Positions 18,834-25,836 of a DNA stretch of 64,000 bases are shown here, piece after piece; within the stretch, counting starts at the first letter, position 1; each line of letters begins with the position of its first letter. The DNA is taken from NCBI GenBank assembly GCA_004558825.1, contig SFDB01000005.1:2894-66893 (forward strand). Reading direction: 5' to 3'. The notes under the pieces were generated by a model. That model was not told where the DNA came from and made no database searches. It was given only the letters and a program-made list of their open reading frames with translations. The translations under genes and the position numbers were made by a program. This DNA comes from Clostridiales bacterium (GTDB taxonomy: Bacteria; Bacillota; Clostridia; Christensenellales; CAG-138).

Positions 18834-18910
18834 GCGCCCTTGGCTCAGCTGGATAGAGCGTTTGGCTACGGACCAGAAGGTCGGGGGTTCGAATCCCTCA
18901 GGGCGTGCCA
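18834..18910 (+). tRNA. tRNA-Arg (anticodon ACG), CCA encoded
   Basis: Cloverleaf folded by hand. Acceptor GCGCCCT/AGGGCGT (G1-U72 wobble), D arm GCTC-AGCTGGATA-GAGC, anticodon arm TTTGG-CTACGGA-CCAGA, T arm GGGGG-TTCGAAT-CCCTC, discriminator G, CCA. Confidence 0.9.
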
Positions 18911-18954
18911 GAAAAGAAACAACCTTTGTCTACCGACAAAGGTTGTTTCTTTTC
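18911..18954 (+). terminator. tRNA-Arg terminator hairpin (20-bp perfect stem, U-rich 3' arm)
   Basis: GAAAAGAAACAACCTTTGTC-TACC-GACAAAGGTTGTTTCTTTTC. Confidence 0.7.
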
Positions 18955-19033
18955 AACGAAATAAATCCCTTGCGGGATTTGTGAAATACGCTTTGCGTGT
19001 GAAATATGGCTTCGCCATGTGAAATGCCTGCGG
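18911..19033 (+). repeat. Direct repeat copy 1 (~123 bp): terminator hairpin plus GTGAAAT-punctuated mini-hairpins
   Basis: Starts directly after the tRNA CCA. Matches 19625-19747 except for the inverted 4-nt hairpin loop (TACC vs GGTA) and one substitution (GGCTTCGCC vs GGCTGCGCC). Confidence 0.9.
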
Positions 19034-19093
19034 GCGTTGGTCCTTTCTGCTGTATAATCAGTTCGATAAATCGGAATTTGACGAGGTGTTTCA

Positions 19094-19528
19094 ATGGTTA
19101 GAATAGCAATAAATGGAGACAGTCGTGTTTTAGCAGAAATGGCTGTTCAAATGTGGGATAGTCATACTGTTGATGAATTAGAAGCAGAGTTTGTTGAAAC
19201 ACTTAATGACAAGCAATCTGCATTTTTTATCAAGTATATAAATGATTTACCCGTAGGATTTGCACAATGCGGTTTGAGAACTGACTATGTCGAAGGCACA
19301 GAAAGTTCTCCTGTGGGTTACTTGGAAGGCATTTTCGTAAAAGAAGAATACCGAAAGAACGGATATGCAAAAGAACTCCTTATTGCTTGTGAAATTTGGG
19401 CAAAAGAAAGTGGATGCAGTGAGTTTGCCAGTGATTGCGAGATAGACAATATGGATAGCTTCAAATTCCATATGGCAATGGGATTTGATGAAGCAAATCG
19501 TATCATCTGCTTCAAGAAAATATTGTAA
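19094..19528 (+). CDS. aac(6'): Aminoglycoside 6'-N-acetyltransferase, AAC(6')-I family (GNAT)
   Basis: The 144-aa product aligns from memory with AAC(6')-Iy/-Ig-type enzymes. Ours reads VGFAQCGLRTDYVEGTESSPVGYLEGIFVKEEYRKNGYAKELL...GCSEFASDCEIDNMDSFKFHMAMGFDEANRIICFKK. The recalled reference reads IGFADASIRHDYVNGCDSSPVVFLEGIFVLPSFRQRGVAKQLI...GCREMASDTSPENTISQKVHQALGFEETERVIFYRK. GAGGTG SD. The gene is clearly AT-rich (22/60 G+C in the first 60 nt) against GC-rich flanks. Confidence 0.85.
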   Translation: MVRIAINGDSRVLAEMAVQMWDSHTVDELEAEFVETLNDKQSAFFIKYINDLPVGFAQCGLRTDYVEGTESSPVGYLEGIFVKEEYRKNGYAKELLIACEIWAKESGCSEFASDCEIDNMDSFKFHMAMGFDEANRIICFKKIL

Positions 19529-19624
19529 ACAGTTCTCCAAATTCCCATTTGATGAACAGGGTCGATTACGCACCTAATCGCTTTTCTTACCTATACCTAC
19601 GCACCGTTATACTGCTCTTTCGCA

Positions 19625-19668
19625 GAAAAGAAACAACCTTTGTCGGTAGACAAAGGTTGTTTCTTTTC
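19625..19668 (+). terminator. Terminator hairpin downstream of aac(6') (copy 2 of the tRNA-Arg terminator)
   Basis: Same 20-bp stem as 18911-18954. It is the first strong hairpin after the aac(6') stop codon. Confidence 0.65.
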
Positions 19669-19747
19669 AACGAAATAAATCCCTTGCGGGATTTGTGAAA
19701 TACGCTTTGCGTGTGAAATATGGCTGCGCCATGTGAAATGCCTGCGG
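19625..19747 (+). repeat. Direct repeat copy 2 (~123 bp)
   Basis: See copy 1. Hairpin GAAAAGAAACAACCTTTGTC-GGTA-GACAAAGGTTGTTTCTTTTC, then the same mini-hairpin series. Confidence 0.9.
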
Positions 19748-19902
19748 CGGAACAAGAGACGGATTTGATTTCATTCGTGAAGTGGATTTCATTGTATTAT
19801 GAAGATGAGGTTGCCGTGGCGGAAAATAAGACGGCCGACTTGTGAATGGATTTTGCGGGTAATGTTATGAAATTGTACATTCCTGTTTTGTTAAAAAAAC
19901 AC

Positions 19903-19931
19903 TTTACAACTTTGTCTTTATGTGCTACACT
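19903..19931 (+). promoter_or_regulatory. Putative sigmaA promoter of tRNA-Ala (TTTACA-17-TACACT)
   Basis: TTTACA 19903-19908, 17-nt spacer, TACACT 19926-19931, 11 nt before the tRNA. Confidence 0.5.
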
Positions 19932-19942
19932 ATACGCTGTTC

Positions 19943-20019
19943 GGGGCTTTAGCGAAGTTGGCTATCGCGCTACACTGGCAGTGTAGAGATCACCGGTTCG
20001 AATCCGGTAAGCTCCACCA
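19943..20019 (+). tRNA. tRNA-Ala (anticodon GGC), CCA encoded
   Basis: Acceptor GGGGCTT/AAGCTCC with the G3-U70 alanine identity pair. D arm GCGA-AGTTGGCTA-TCGC, anticodon arm CTACA-CTGGCAG-TGTAG, T arm ACCGG-TTCGAAT-CCGGT, A73, CCA. Confidence 0.9.
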
Positions 20020-20026
20020 GATTCAA

Positions 20027-20069
20027 AGCCAATCCCGTTCTGCTCCTTTACGGCAGGACGGGATTGGCT
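20027..20069 (+). terminator. Strong hairpin after tRNA-Ala (17-bp stem, weak U tract)
   Basis: AGCCAATCCCGTTCTGC-(9 nt)-GCAGGACGGGATTGGCT. Confidence 0.5.
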
Positions 20070-20267
20070 GTTATGTCTGACTTGAACAATATTGCGCACC
20101 TGCAGGGCGAATTAAAGCTTTTTTGCGAAACATTTTCGTCTATTCGGTCAGGCAAAAAGCCTCCTTGTATCCGCGCTTTTTATAGAAGTCGGGCGCCTGA
20201 AAGTCGAAAGTATCTGCAAATGTATCCCCGACGCTCCGAAAAAGCATCTCCGAGCCGCATGCGACAG

Positions 20268-21452
20268 TCAGTCGTCCTCAAAGTAGTCGGGAAGATTGAG
20301 CTCGCGCTTGAGTACAATAAGGTTTTCCGCATCCGCCTTGCTTATATCCTTGTTTTGCCGTATGCGTTTTTCTATGCTGATATCGGGGCGGAAGAAGGCT
20401 CTGAAGGCGCGCGCGACCCAGCACGCAGGCAGCAGCAGAGGCGCTTTTTCAAGCACGGAGTAATGGCGCTTCATATACGCGAGCGGCGGAAAAACGAGCG
20501 AGCGCGCAGAAGCAAAACCGTCGCCGCGCGATTCGCCGCTTTTGGCGATTGCGTCCATGGCTTCGCTTGTGCCGTAAGCGCCCGAAATAAATGCAATTTT
20601 TTCGAGTCGGAGCGTAAGCTCATCGTGCGCTTCTCCGTCGAACCAGACTCTGCCGAGGCGTATCACGCAGTCGGTGAAGTCTTTGAGCCCGAGCTGAGAA
20701 AGGCCGCGCGACAGGTAGTCGCTATCAAATTCGCCGCCGAACTTTTTTACATACAGGTATATGTCGAGTATGGGTCGTATTCCGGCGCCGCGCATGGCGT
20801 AGTGCTTAAACATATGAAATACGACGTATATCAGAAAATCCTCTTTCGTCATTTCACGCATATGCGTATGAGAATCTGCGATATGCGCCTTTTGGAGCGC
20901 GTCGGCAAAATAACGCTTGGAGGCGCCCGAGCGTCCCGCAAGAGAATTGTGCAGCTCGACCATGCCGCCCACAGGATGCCTGAACTCGGTGTGATGCCCC
21001 TGCACTTCTCCGCGAACATAGCCGTTTTCTTCGAGTACGCGGGAGGCTTCGCCGAATTGCGCCGTCGACACAAGTATGTCGACGTCTTTCATGGGACGCA
21101 TGTGCGGCATTGGGTAGAGATCCTTTAATATATAGCCCTTGAGCGGAAGAAAGTCGACGCCCGCGCTTTCAAAAGACTCAAACAGCTTTTCGGTGCATAT
21201 ATGGCGCTTCGCTTCAGAATACATAAGCCTGGCGCGGCGCGAGGCGTTTTCGGCCTGCATTTTTTCGTCCGCAAGGCCGCAGACAATGATGCCGTGCTTT
21301 ACGATTTCGATTATTGTGGCCTTAAACGCAAGCGTACATATATCGTTTATCGTAACGCCCTCGGGCAGCGCGTCGAGCTTTTCGCCGCCTATCGCCGCAC
21401 GAATGAGCGCAATTATTGCTTTGTTTACGGCAGTTGAATCCATGCCTGTCAT
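20268..21452 (-). CDS. Uncharacterised nucleotidyltransferase-family protein (NTP_transf_5-like)
   Basis: FLPLKGYILKDLYPMPHMRPMKDVDILV fits the G...DxD nucleotidyltransferase-fold motif of this family. ATGA overlap with the dnaB stop at 21449-21452. Confidence 0.65.
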   Translation of the reverse strand: MTGMDSTAVNKAIIALIRAAIGGEKLDALPEGVTINDICTLAFKATIIEIVKHGIIVCGLADEKMQAENASRRARLMYSEAKRHICTEKLFESFESAGVDFLPLKGYILKDLYPMPHMRPMKDVDILVSTAQFGEASRVLEENGYVRGEVQGHHTEFRHPVGGMVELHNSLAGRSGASKRYFADALQKAHIADSHTHMREMTKEDFLIYVVFHMFKHYAMRGAGIRPILDIYLYVKKFGGEFDSDYLSRGLSQLGLKDFTDCVIRLGRVWFDGEAHDELTLRLEKIAFISGAYGTSEAMDAIAKSGESRGDGFASARSLVFPPLAYMKRHYSVLEKAPLLLPACWVARAFRAFFRPDISIEKRIRQNKDISKADAENLIVLKRELNLPDYFEDD

Positions 21453-22780
21453 TCCTCTCTGAGCGTTCTGTTTTCAAAACGCGTGTATTCGCCGATCCAT
21501 GTGAGAAATATGGAATCGACGGGGCCGTTTCTGTTTTTGGCCACGATTATTTCCGCCGAGTTGTCATCCGTCCGAGACGGATCTCTGTAAATCATGATGA
21601 TAATGTCGGCATCCTGCTCTATGGCGCCGCTTTCGCGCAGATCGGACATAGCGGGTTTCCGCTCGGCAGCCTTTCTTGAGAGCTGCGACAGAAGCACTAT
21701 GGGTACGTTCAGTTCGCGCGCGAGTATCTTGAGCGAGCGCGTAAGCTCAGACACCTCCTGGACGCGGTTATCCGAGCCGTTAGGCGTTTTCATGAGCTGC
21801 AGATAGTCTATGACTATCATGTCAAGCCCGTTTCGCGCCTTCAAACGCCTGCATTTTGAACGAATTTCGGCTACGGATATGTTCGACCTGTCATCGATGT
21901 ACATATTCGCATTGGCGAGCGTAAGGTTTGCCTCGGCGAGCTTCAGAAGCTCCTGTGAGGACGGCGTGCCGTGGTTGACGTTTTGCATGTTAACGCGTGC
22001 CTCCGATGCGAAAAGCCTCATCACGAGCTGCTCCTTCGACATCTCAAGGCTGAATATCGCCACGGTTTTGCCCTCGCGTATCGCGGCGTGCGCGGCAATG
22101 TTCAGCCCGAGCGCGGTTTTGCCCTGTGAGGGGCGCGCGGCGATGATTATCAGGTCGCTCTTTTGAAGGCCGGAGGTCATGCTGTCAAGATCCGTGTAGC
22201 CCGTCGGCACGCCCGTGAGCTTGCCCTTGAGATTTATAAGGGTGTTGATGCGCTGATAGCTTTCGTAAACAACGGGGCGTATCTGCGTCAGCGTGTCCTC
22301 GTTGTTGTGCATGGCGATATTGAATATGCGGCGCTCGGCATCGTCGAGCATTGCTTCGACGCTCTTTGAGCCCTGCATCGCATCGCGCGTTATAGCCGTG
22401 CCGGCATACATCAGCCGCCGCATTATGCTGCGTTCCTCAACGATTTTTATATAGTTGGATACGTTTGCGGCGCTCGGCGTGAATATTGAAAGCTCTGTCA
22501 GGTATTCTATGCCGCCGGACGAATCGGCTGTGCCGCGCCTTTCAAGCTCCTCAAGCAGCGTCACCACGTCTACGGCGCCGTTTCTGGCATTTATGTCGAG
22601 CATGGCGGCAAATATCTGCCTGTGCTTTGGGATATAGAAATCCTCCGTGTTCAGGGCTTCCGAGGCGAGGTCTACGGCCTCTGCGGACAACATCATGCTG
22701 CCGAGAACCGATTTTTCGGCGTCCTCGCTGAACGGTATCGGCTGCGCACTCGTCTGTTCGACAATATTTACCTCTTCCAT
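21449..22780 (-). CDS. dnaB: Replicative DNA helicase (DnaB family; DnaC in Bacillus nomenclature)
   Basis: GVPTGYTDLD, Walker A AARPSQGKTALGLN, IVIDYLQLM, SQLSR motifs; 443 aa. Confidence 0.95.
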   Translation of the reverse strand: MEEVNIVEQTSAQPIPFSEDAEKSVLGSMMLSAEAVDLASEALNTEDFYIPKHRQIFAAMLDINARNGAVDVVTLLEELERRGTADSSGGIEYLTELSIFTPSAANVSNYIKIVEERSIMRRLMYAGTAITRDAMQGSKSVEAMLDDAERRIFNIAMHNNEDTLTQIRPVVYESYQRINTLINLKGKLTGVPTGYTDLDSMTSGLQKSDLIIIAARPSQGKTALGLNIAAHAAIREGKTVAIFSLEMSKEQLVMRLFASEARVNMQNVNHGTPSSQELLKLAEANLTLANANMYIDDRSNISVAEIRSKCRRLKARNGLDMIVIDYLQLMKTPNGSDNRVQEVSELTRSLKILARELNVPIVLLSQLSRKAAERKPAMSDLRESGAIEQDADIIIMIYRDPSRTDDNSAEIIVAKNRNGPVDSIFLTWIGEYTRFENRTLREE

Positions 22781-22803
22781 TTACATCACCCTCTGTTATC
22801 CTG

Positions 22804-23253
22804 CTATTGGGCGGGCAGCACCTCTACCTTGAAATGCGCGTCCGTCTGTTCGTACATGTGCGCCGAAACGGTGATTATGCCCGTCGTGCGTATGGGTTCG
22901 GAAAGATATATTTTCTTTTTGTCGACGTCTATATCGTATTGAGCCTTGAGCGCCTCGGAGATTTCCTTGCTCGTGACGGAGCCGAAGAGCCTGCCGTTTT
23001 CGCCCGCCTTGGCATATACCTTGACGGAGAGGCCGCTCATTTCGTTCGCAAGCGCCGCAGCCTTTTGGCGCTGAACCTCTTTCTTATGCTCCTGCGCTCT
23101 TTTTTTGATATTCGCCGCGTTTATCGACTGTGCGTCCGCTTCGGACGCAAGACCGCGCGGGAAAAGAAAGTTTCTGGCGTAGCCGTCGCTTACGTTGACG
23201 ATTTCGCCTGTCTTGCCCGTTCCGTGAACATCCTTGAGAAGTAAAACATTCAT
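22804..23253 (-). CDS. rplI: 50S ribosomal protein L9
   Basis: [36 protein letters not shown]; canonical gdpP-rplI-dnaB order. Confidence 0.95.
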   Translation of the reverse strand: MNVLLLKDVHGTGKTGEIVNVSDGYARNFLFPRGLASEADAQSINAANIKKRAQEHKKEVQRQKAAALANEMSGLSVKVYAKAGENGRLFGSVTSKEISEALKAQYDIDVDKKKIYLSEPIRTTGIITVSAHMYEQTDAHFKVEVLPAQ

Positions 23254-23294
23254 AGTTCCTCCATACCTCCGTAATTAAAAGTGAATATTTGCCG

Positions 23295-25253
23295 TCAGCG
23301 AGGGAGAGCGGTTTCGCTCATGTACTCGTCTATGGCGTCCTCTAACTTGACTATCGCCTCATCAATCTCCGTATCCTTCAACTGCGCGCCCGCCACGGTC
23401 AAATGACCGCCTCCGCCCAGCTTTTCAAGTATGAGCTGAACGCTGATTATGCCGAGGCTTCGACCGCTTATCGAAACGTCGCCCTTGACCGATGACAGCA
23501 CGAATGCGGCTGATATCCCCCGTATCGATACAAGCTCGTCGGCAGCCTGCGCTGAGATAAGGTTCATGTCATCGATATCGTCGGGACATACCGAGATTGC
23601 GATATCGTTGTTGTAAATCATGGCGTTTTCGACAATGCCGGCGCGGTTCTTGTACGACTGCATATCGTCCCTGAACATCAGATTGACGGTTCGTATGTCG
23701 GCTCCGTTGCGCCTGAGATAGCTTGCCGCGTCAAACGTACGCGAGCCTGTGTTCTGCGAAAAGCTCTTTGTATCGACGACTATGCCTGCGAGCAGCGCTT
23801 CGCACTCAAACGAGGAAGGACGGGGATTGTCGGCGAAATATTGCAGAATTTCGGTGATTATTTCGCAGACTGACGACGCGCCCGGCTCAAGATAGCTGAG
23901 CGTCGCGCTGTCAAAAGCGTCTACCGCGCGGCGGTGGTGGTCTATTACGACAGCCTTTGAAAAGTTGCTGATGAGCTTAGGCGCCATAACGGATTTTTCG
24001 CGCTGCGTGTCTACGATTATAAGCAGCGAATTGTCGCTTATAGACTCCGCCGCGTAGTCGCTGGGCAATATGAAGTCTCTGTACATGGCGAGATCCTTCA
24101 TCGAATCAAGCGCCGATTGAATCATCGCGTTCGGCTCATTCAGCAGGAAAAAGGATTTTTTGCCCGCGAGCTTAGCGCAGCGCATAAGGCCGAGCGCCGC
24201 GCCGAGGCAATCCATATCGGGCCGGGCGTGACCCATGATGTATACGTCGGACGAGTTTTCCATCATTTGACGAAGCGCCTTGGAGAAGAGGCGTGTCTTT
24301 ATGAGGGAGCTTTTTGACGATGATTGGCGTTTGCCGCCGTAGAAAGCGTATGACATGCCGCGCTTAACGACTGCCTGATCGCCTCCGCGGCCGAGCGCAA
24401 GCTCCATTGCGAGCCTTGCGGCTTCATCCGACTTTGCGACTTTGTCGGCCGCGCCGACGGCAATCGATATCGTGACCGAGAGAGGCGTCCCCGTGTTTAT
24501 TTCGCGCATTGATTCAAGTATTGAAAAACGCTGCCTCTCAAGCTCGTTAAGCTTGCAGGCTTCAAATATTACTATAAAGCGCGTCGAGTCGTAGCGCCTG
24601 TATATGCCGTCTATCGAGGCGGCAAATTTGGCAATGCGCTGCTCAACCTCAACCATGGTTTCGTTGCGCCTGAACTGCTTATCGCCTATAAGCTCGTCAT
24701 AGTTGTCAACGTATATGAGAGCGACGGTAGGCATTTGCTCTTCGTATATTCTCGAGTAGTGGAGCGCCTCCGTCCGATCGAGCCAGTATTGGAATGTCAG
24801 CGAACGCGAATGCGGCTTTTTACGCTCTATATGAGAATTAAATATCTGGAAATCGCGGCCGCTGTAATGCGCTGTCATCGCCATAGACTCCGCTGATGGG
24901 TCGAGCTCCGGCAGAACGCTCCGTATGTGGTGTCCGTCATAGAGCTGCCTGAACGCGCCGTTGCGCCAAAGGATCCTGCCGTCGCTGTCGAATATACAGC
25001 AGGGCAGGGCAATATCGCGCATCACCTTGAATATTGCGCCGTAATCATCATCGAACGTGTCGTTGAACTCCGCGAACATGCCGTCGGTTATCGACATGAG
25101 CGTCGACGCTGAAGCGTATGAGGCGAGTGCGCCGAGCACAAAAATGAGCGCGGCCAAATACCAGTGCTTCGTCAAGGCAAGCAAGACGGCTCCGGCAGCC
25201 ACGATTAAATACAGCGGTATAAGTGCGGTTATAAGCTTCTTTTTCATGTTCAC
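23295..25253 (-). CDS. gdpP: GdpP/YybT-type DHH-DHHA1 cyclic-di-AMP phosphodiesterase
   Basis: Two N-terminal TM helices, central PAS/degenerate GGDEF-like region, DHH motif (VVIDHHRR), DHHA1 GGGH motif (LGGGGHLTVAG). Sits upstream of rplI. Confidence 0.85.
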   Translation of the reverse strand: MNMKKKLITALIPLYLIVAAGAVLLALTKHWYLAALIFVLGALASYASASTLMSITDGMFAEFNDTFDDDYGAIFKVMRDIALPCCIFDSDGRILWRNGAFRQLYDGHHIRSVLPELDPSAESMAMTAHYSGRDFQIFNSHIERKKPHSRSLTFQYWLDRTEALHYSRIYEEQMPTVALIYVDNYDELIGDKQFRRNETMVEVEQRIAKFAASIDGIYRRYDSTRFIVIFEACKLNELERQRFSILESMREINTGTPLSVTISIAVGAADKVAKSDEAARLAMELALGRGGDQAVVKRGMSYAFYGGKRQSSSKSSLIKTRLFSKALRQMMENSSDVYIMGHARPDMDCLGAALGLMRCAKLAGKKSFFLLNEPNAMIQSALDSMKDLAMYRDFILPSDYAAESISDNSLLIIVDTQREKSVMAPKLISNFSKAVVIDHHRRAVDAFDSATLSYLEPGASSVCEIITEILQYFADNPRPSSFECEALLAGIVVDTKSFSQNTGSRTFDAASYLRRNGADIRTVNLMFRDDMQSYKNRAGIVENAMIYNNDIAISVCPDDIDDMNLISAQAADELVSIRGISAAFVLSSVKGDVSISGRSLGIISVQLILEKLGGGGHLTVAGAQLKDTEIDEAIVKLEDAIDEYMSETALPR

Positions 25254-25524
25254 CGCCTACGAAATCTATTATACCATATTGTAGCTGTTTTTACTTACGT
25301 TGACAAGCAAAAAAGCGGCGGGGGGCGTAAGGGGAATAAATTTTACGGCAAGCTCGGAGCTTTTTGAAAAAATATGTCGTGGGCATAATGAGCGCGAAGC
25401 CCGCTTCATGCCGATAAAAATCGCCGCCTGAAAATTTTTCCGCACTAATATGCGATTGCCGCTTGATTCATCGGAAAAACCTAATATATAATAATGGCAT
25501 TAAGCAAAGGATTGGAGGTGCCGT

Positions 25525-25836
25525 ATGCCTTCGTTGATCGAAACGATAAAGGAAGCGGAGGAGCGCGCGAAGTCGATACGCGCCGAAGCGCAGGCGTCGG
25601 GACGCGATATGCTGCTCGAAGCCAACATGAACGGCGCGGAGCTTGTCGCCAAAACGACGGACGATATGCGTCAAAGACTGGCGAACGCGAAAGAAGAGGC
25701 CGAGTTTGAGGGACAAAAGCTTGCCCGGCAGATAATTGCGAACGCGGAGCTTGAAGCGATAGATTTCGTAAGAGCCGCCGAAGCCAATGTACGCAAATGT
25801 TCCGATTTTATATTCGAAAGGCTGTGTGAATCATGA
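25525..25836 (+). CDS. V-type ATPase peripheral-stalk subunit (E. hirae NtpF / subunit G-H-like)
   Basis: 103-aa charged coiled-coil protein at the first position of the operon, matching E. hirae ntpFIKECGABD order. Overlaps the subunit I start. Confidence 0.55.
   Translation: MPSLIETIKEAEERAKSIRAEAQASGRDMLLEANMNGAELVAKTTDDMRQRLANAKEEAEFEGQKLARQIIANAELEAIDFVRAAEANVRKCSDFIFERLCES

Noticed and set aside
18840-19022. 60-aa ORF starting inside tRNA-Arg
   Set aside because: It overlaps the tRNA and the repeat or terminator, and has no SD.
18962-19033. Possible CRISPR-like array (constant GTGAAAT with variable intervening sequences)
   Set aside because: The repeat is only 7 nt and the spacers are 11-13 nt and themselves palindromic. 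There are only three units and no cas genes, so it is not a CRISPR array.
18911-19668. Integron gene cassette with an attC site, since aac(6') is a classic cassette gene
   Set aside because: The hairpin is a perfect palindrome without extrahelical bases. I see no GTTRRRY core sites and there is no intI or attI in the window. The flanking repeats are long direct repeats rather than attC.
20064-21128. 354-aa plus-strand ORF opposite the nucleotidyltransferase gene; the same applies to 39728-40633, 41276-42280, 42311-43141, 44640-45434, 47478-48251, 59021-60037, 60667-61389 and 62011-62823
   Set aside because: All are antisense to genes with clear family signatures and have biased, Arg-rich compositions, so they are shadow ORFs.
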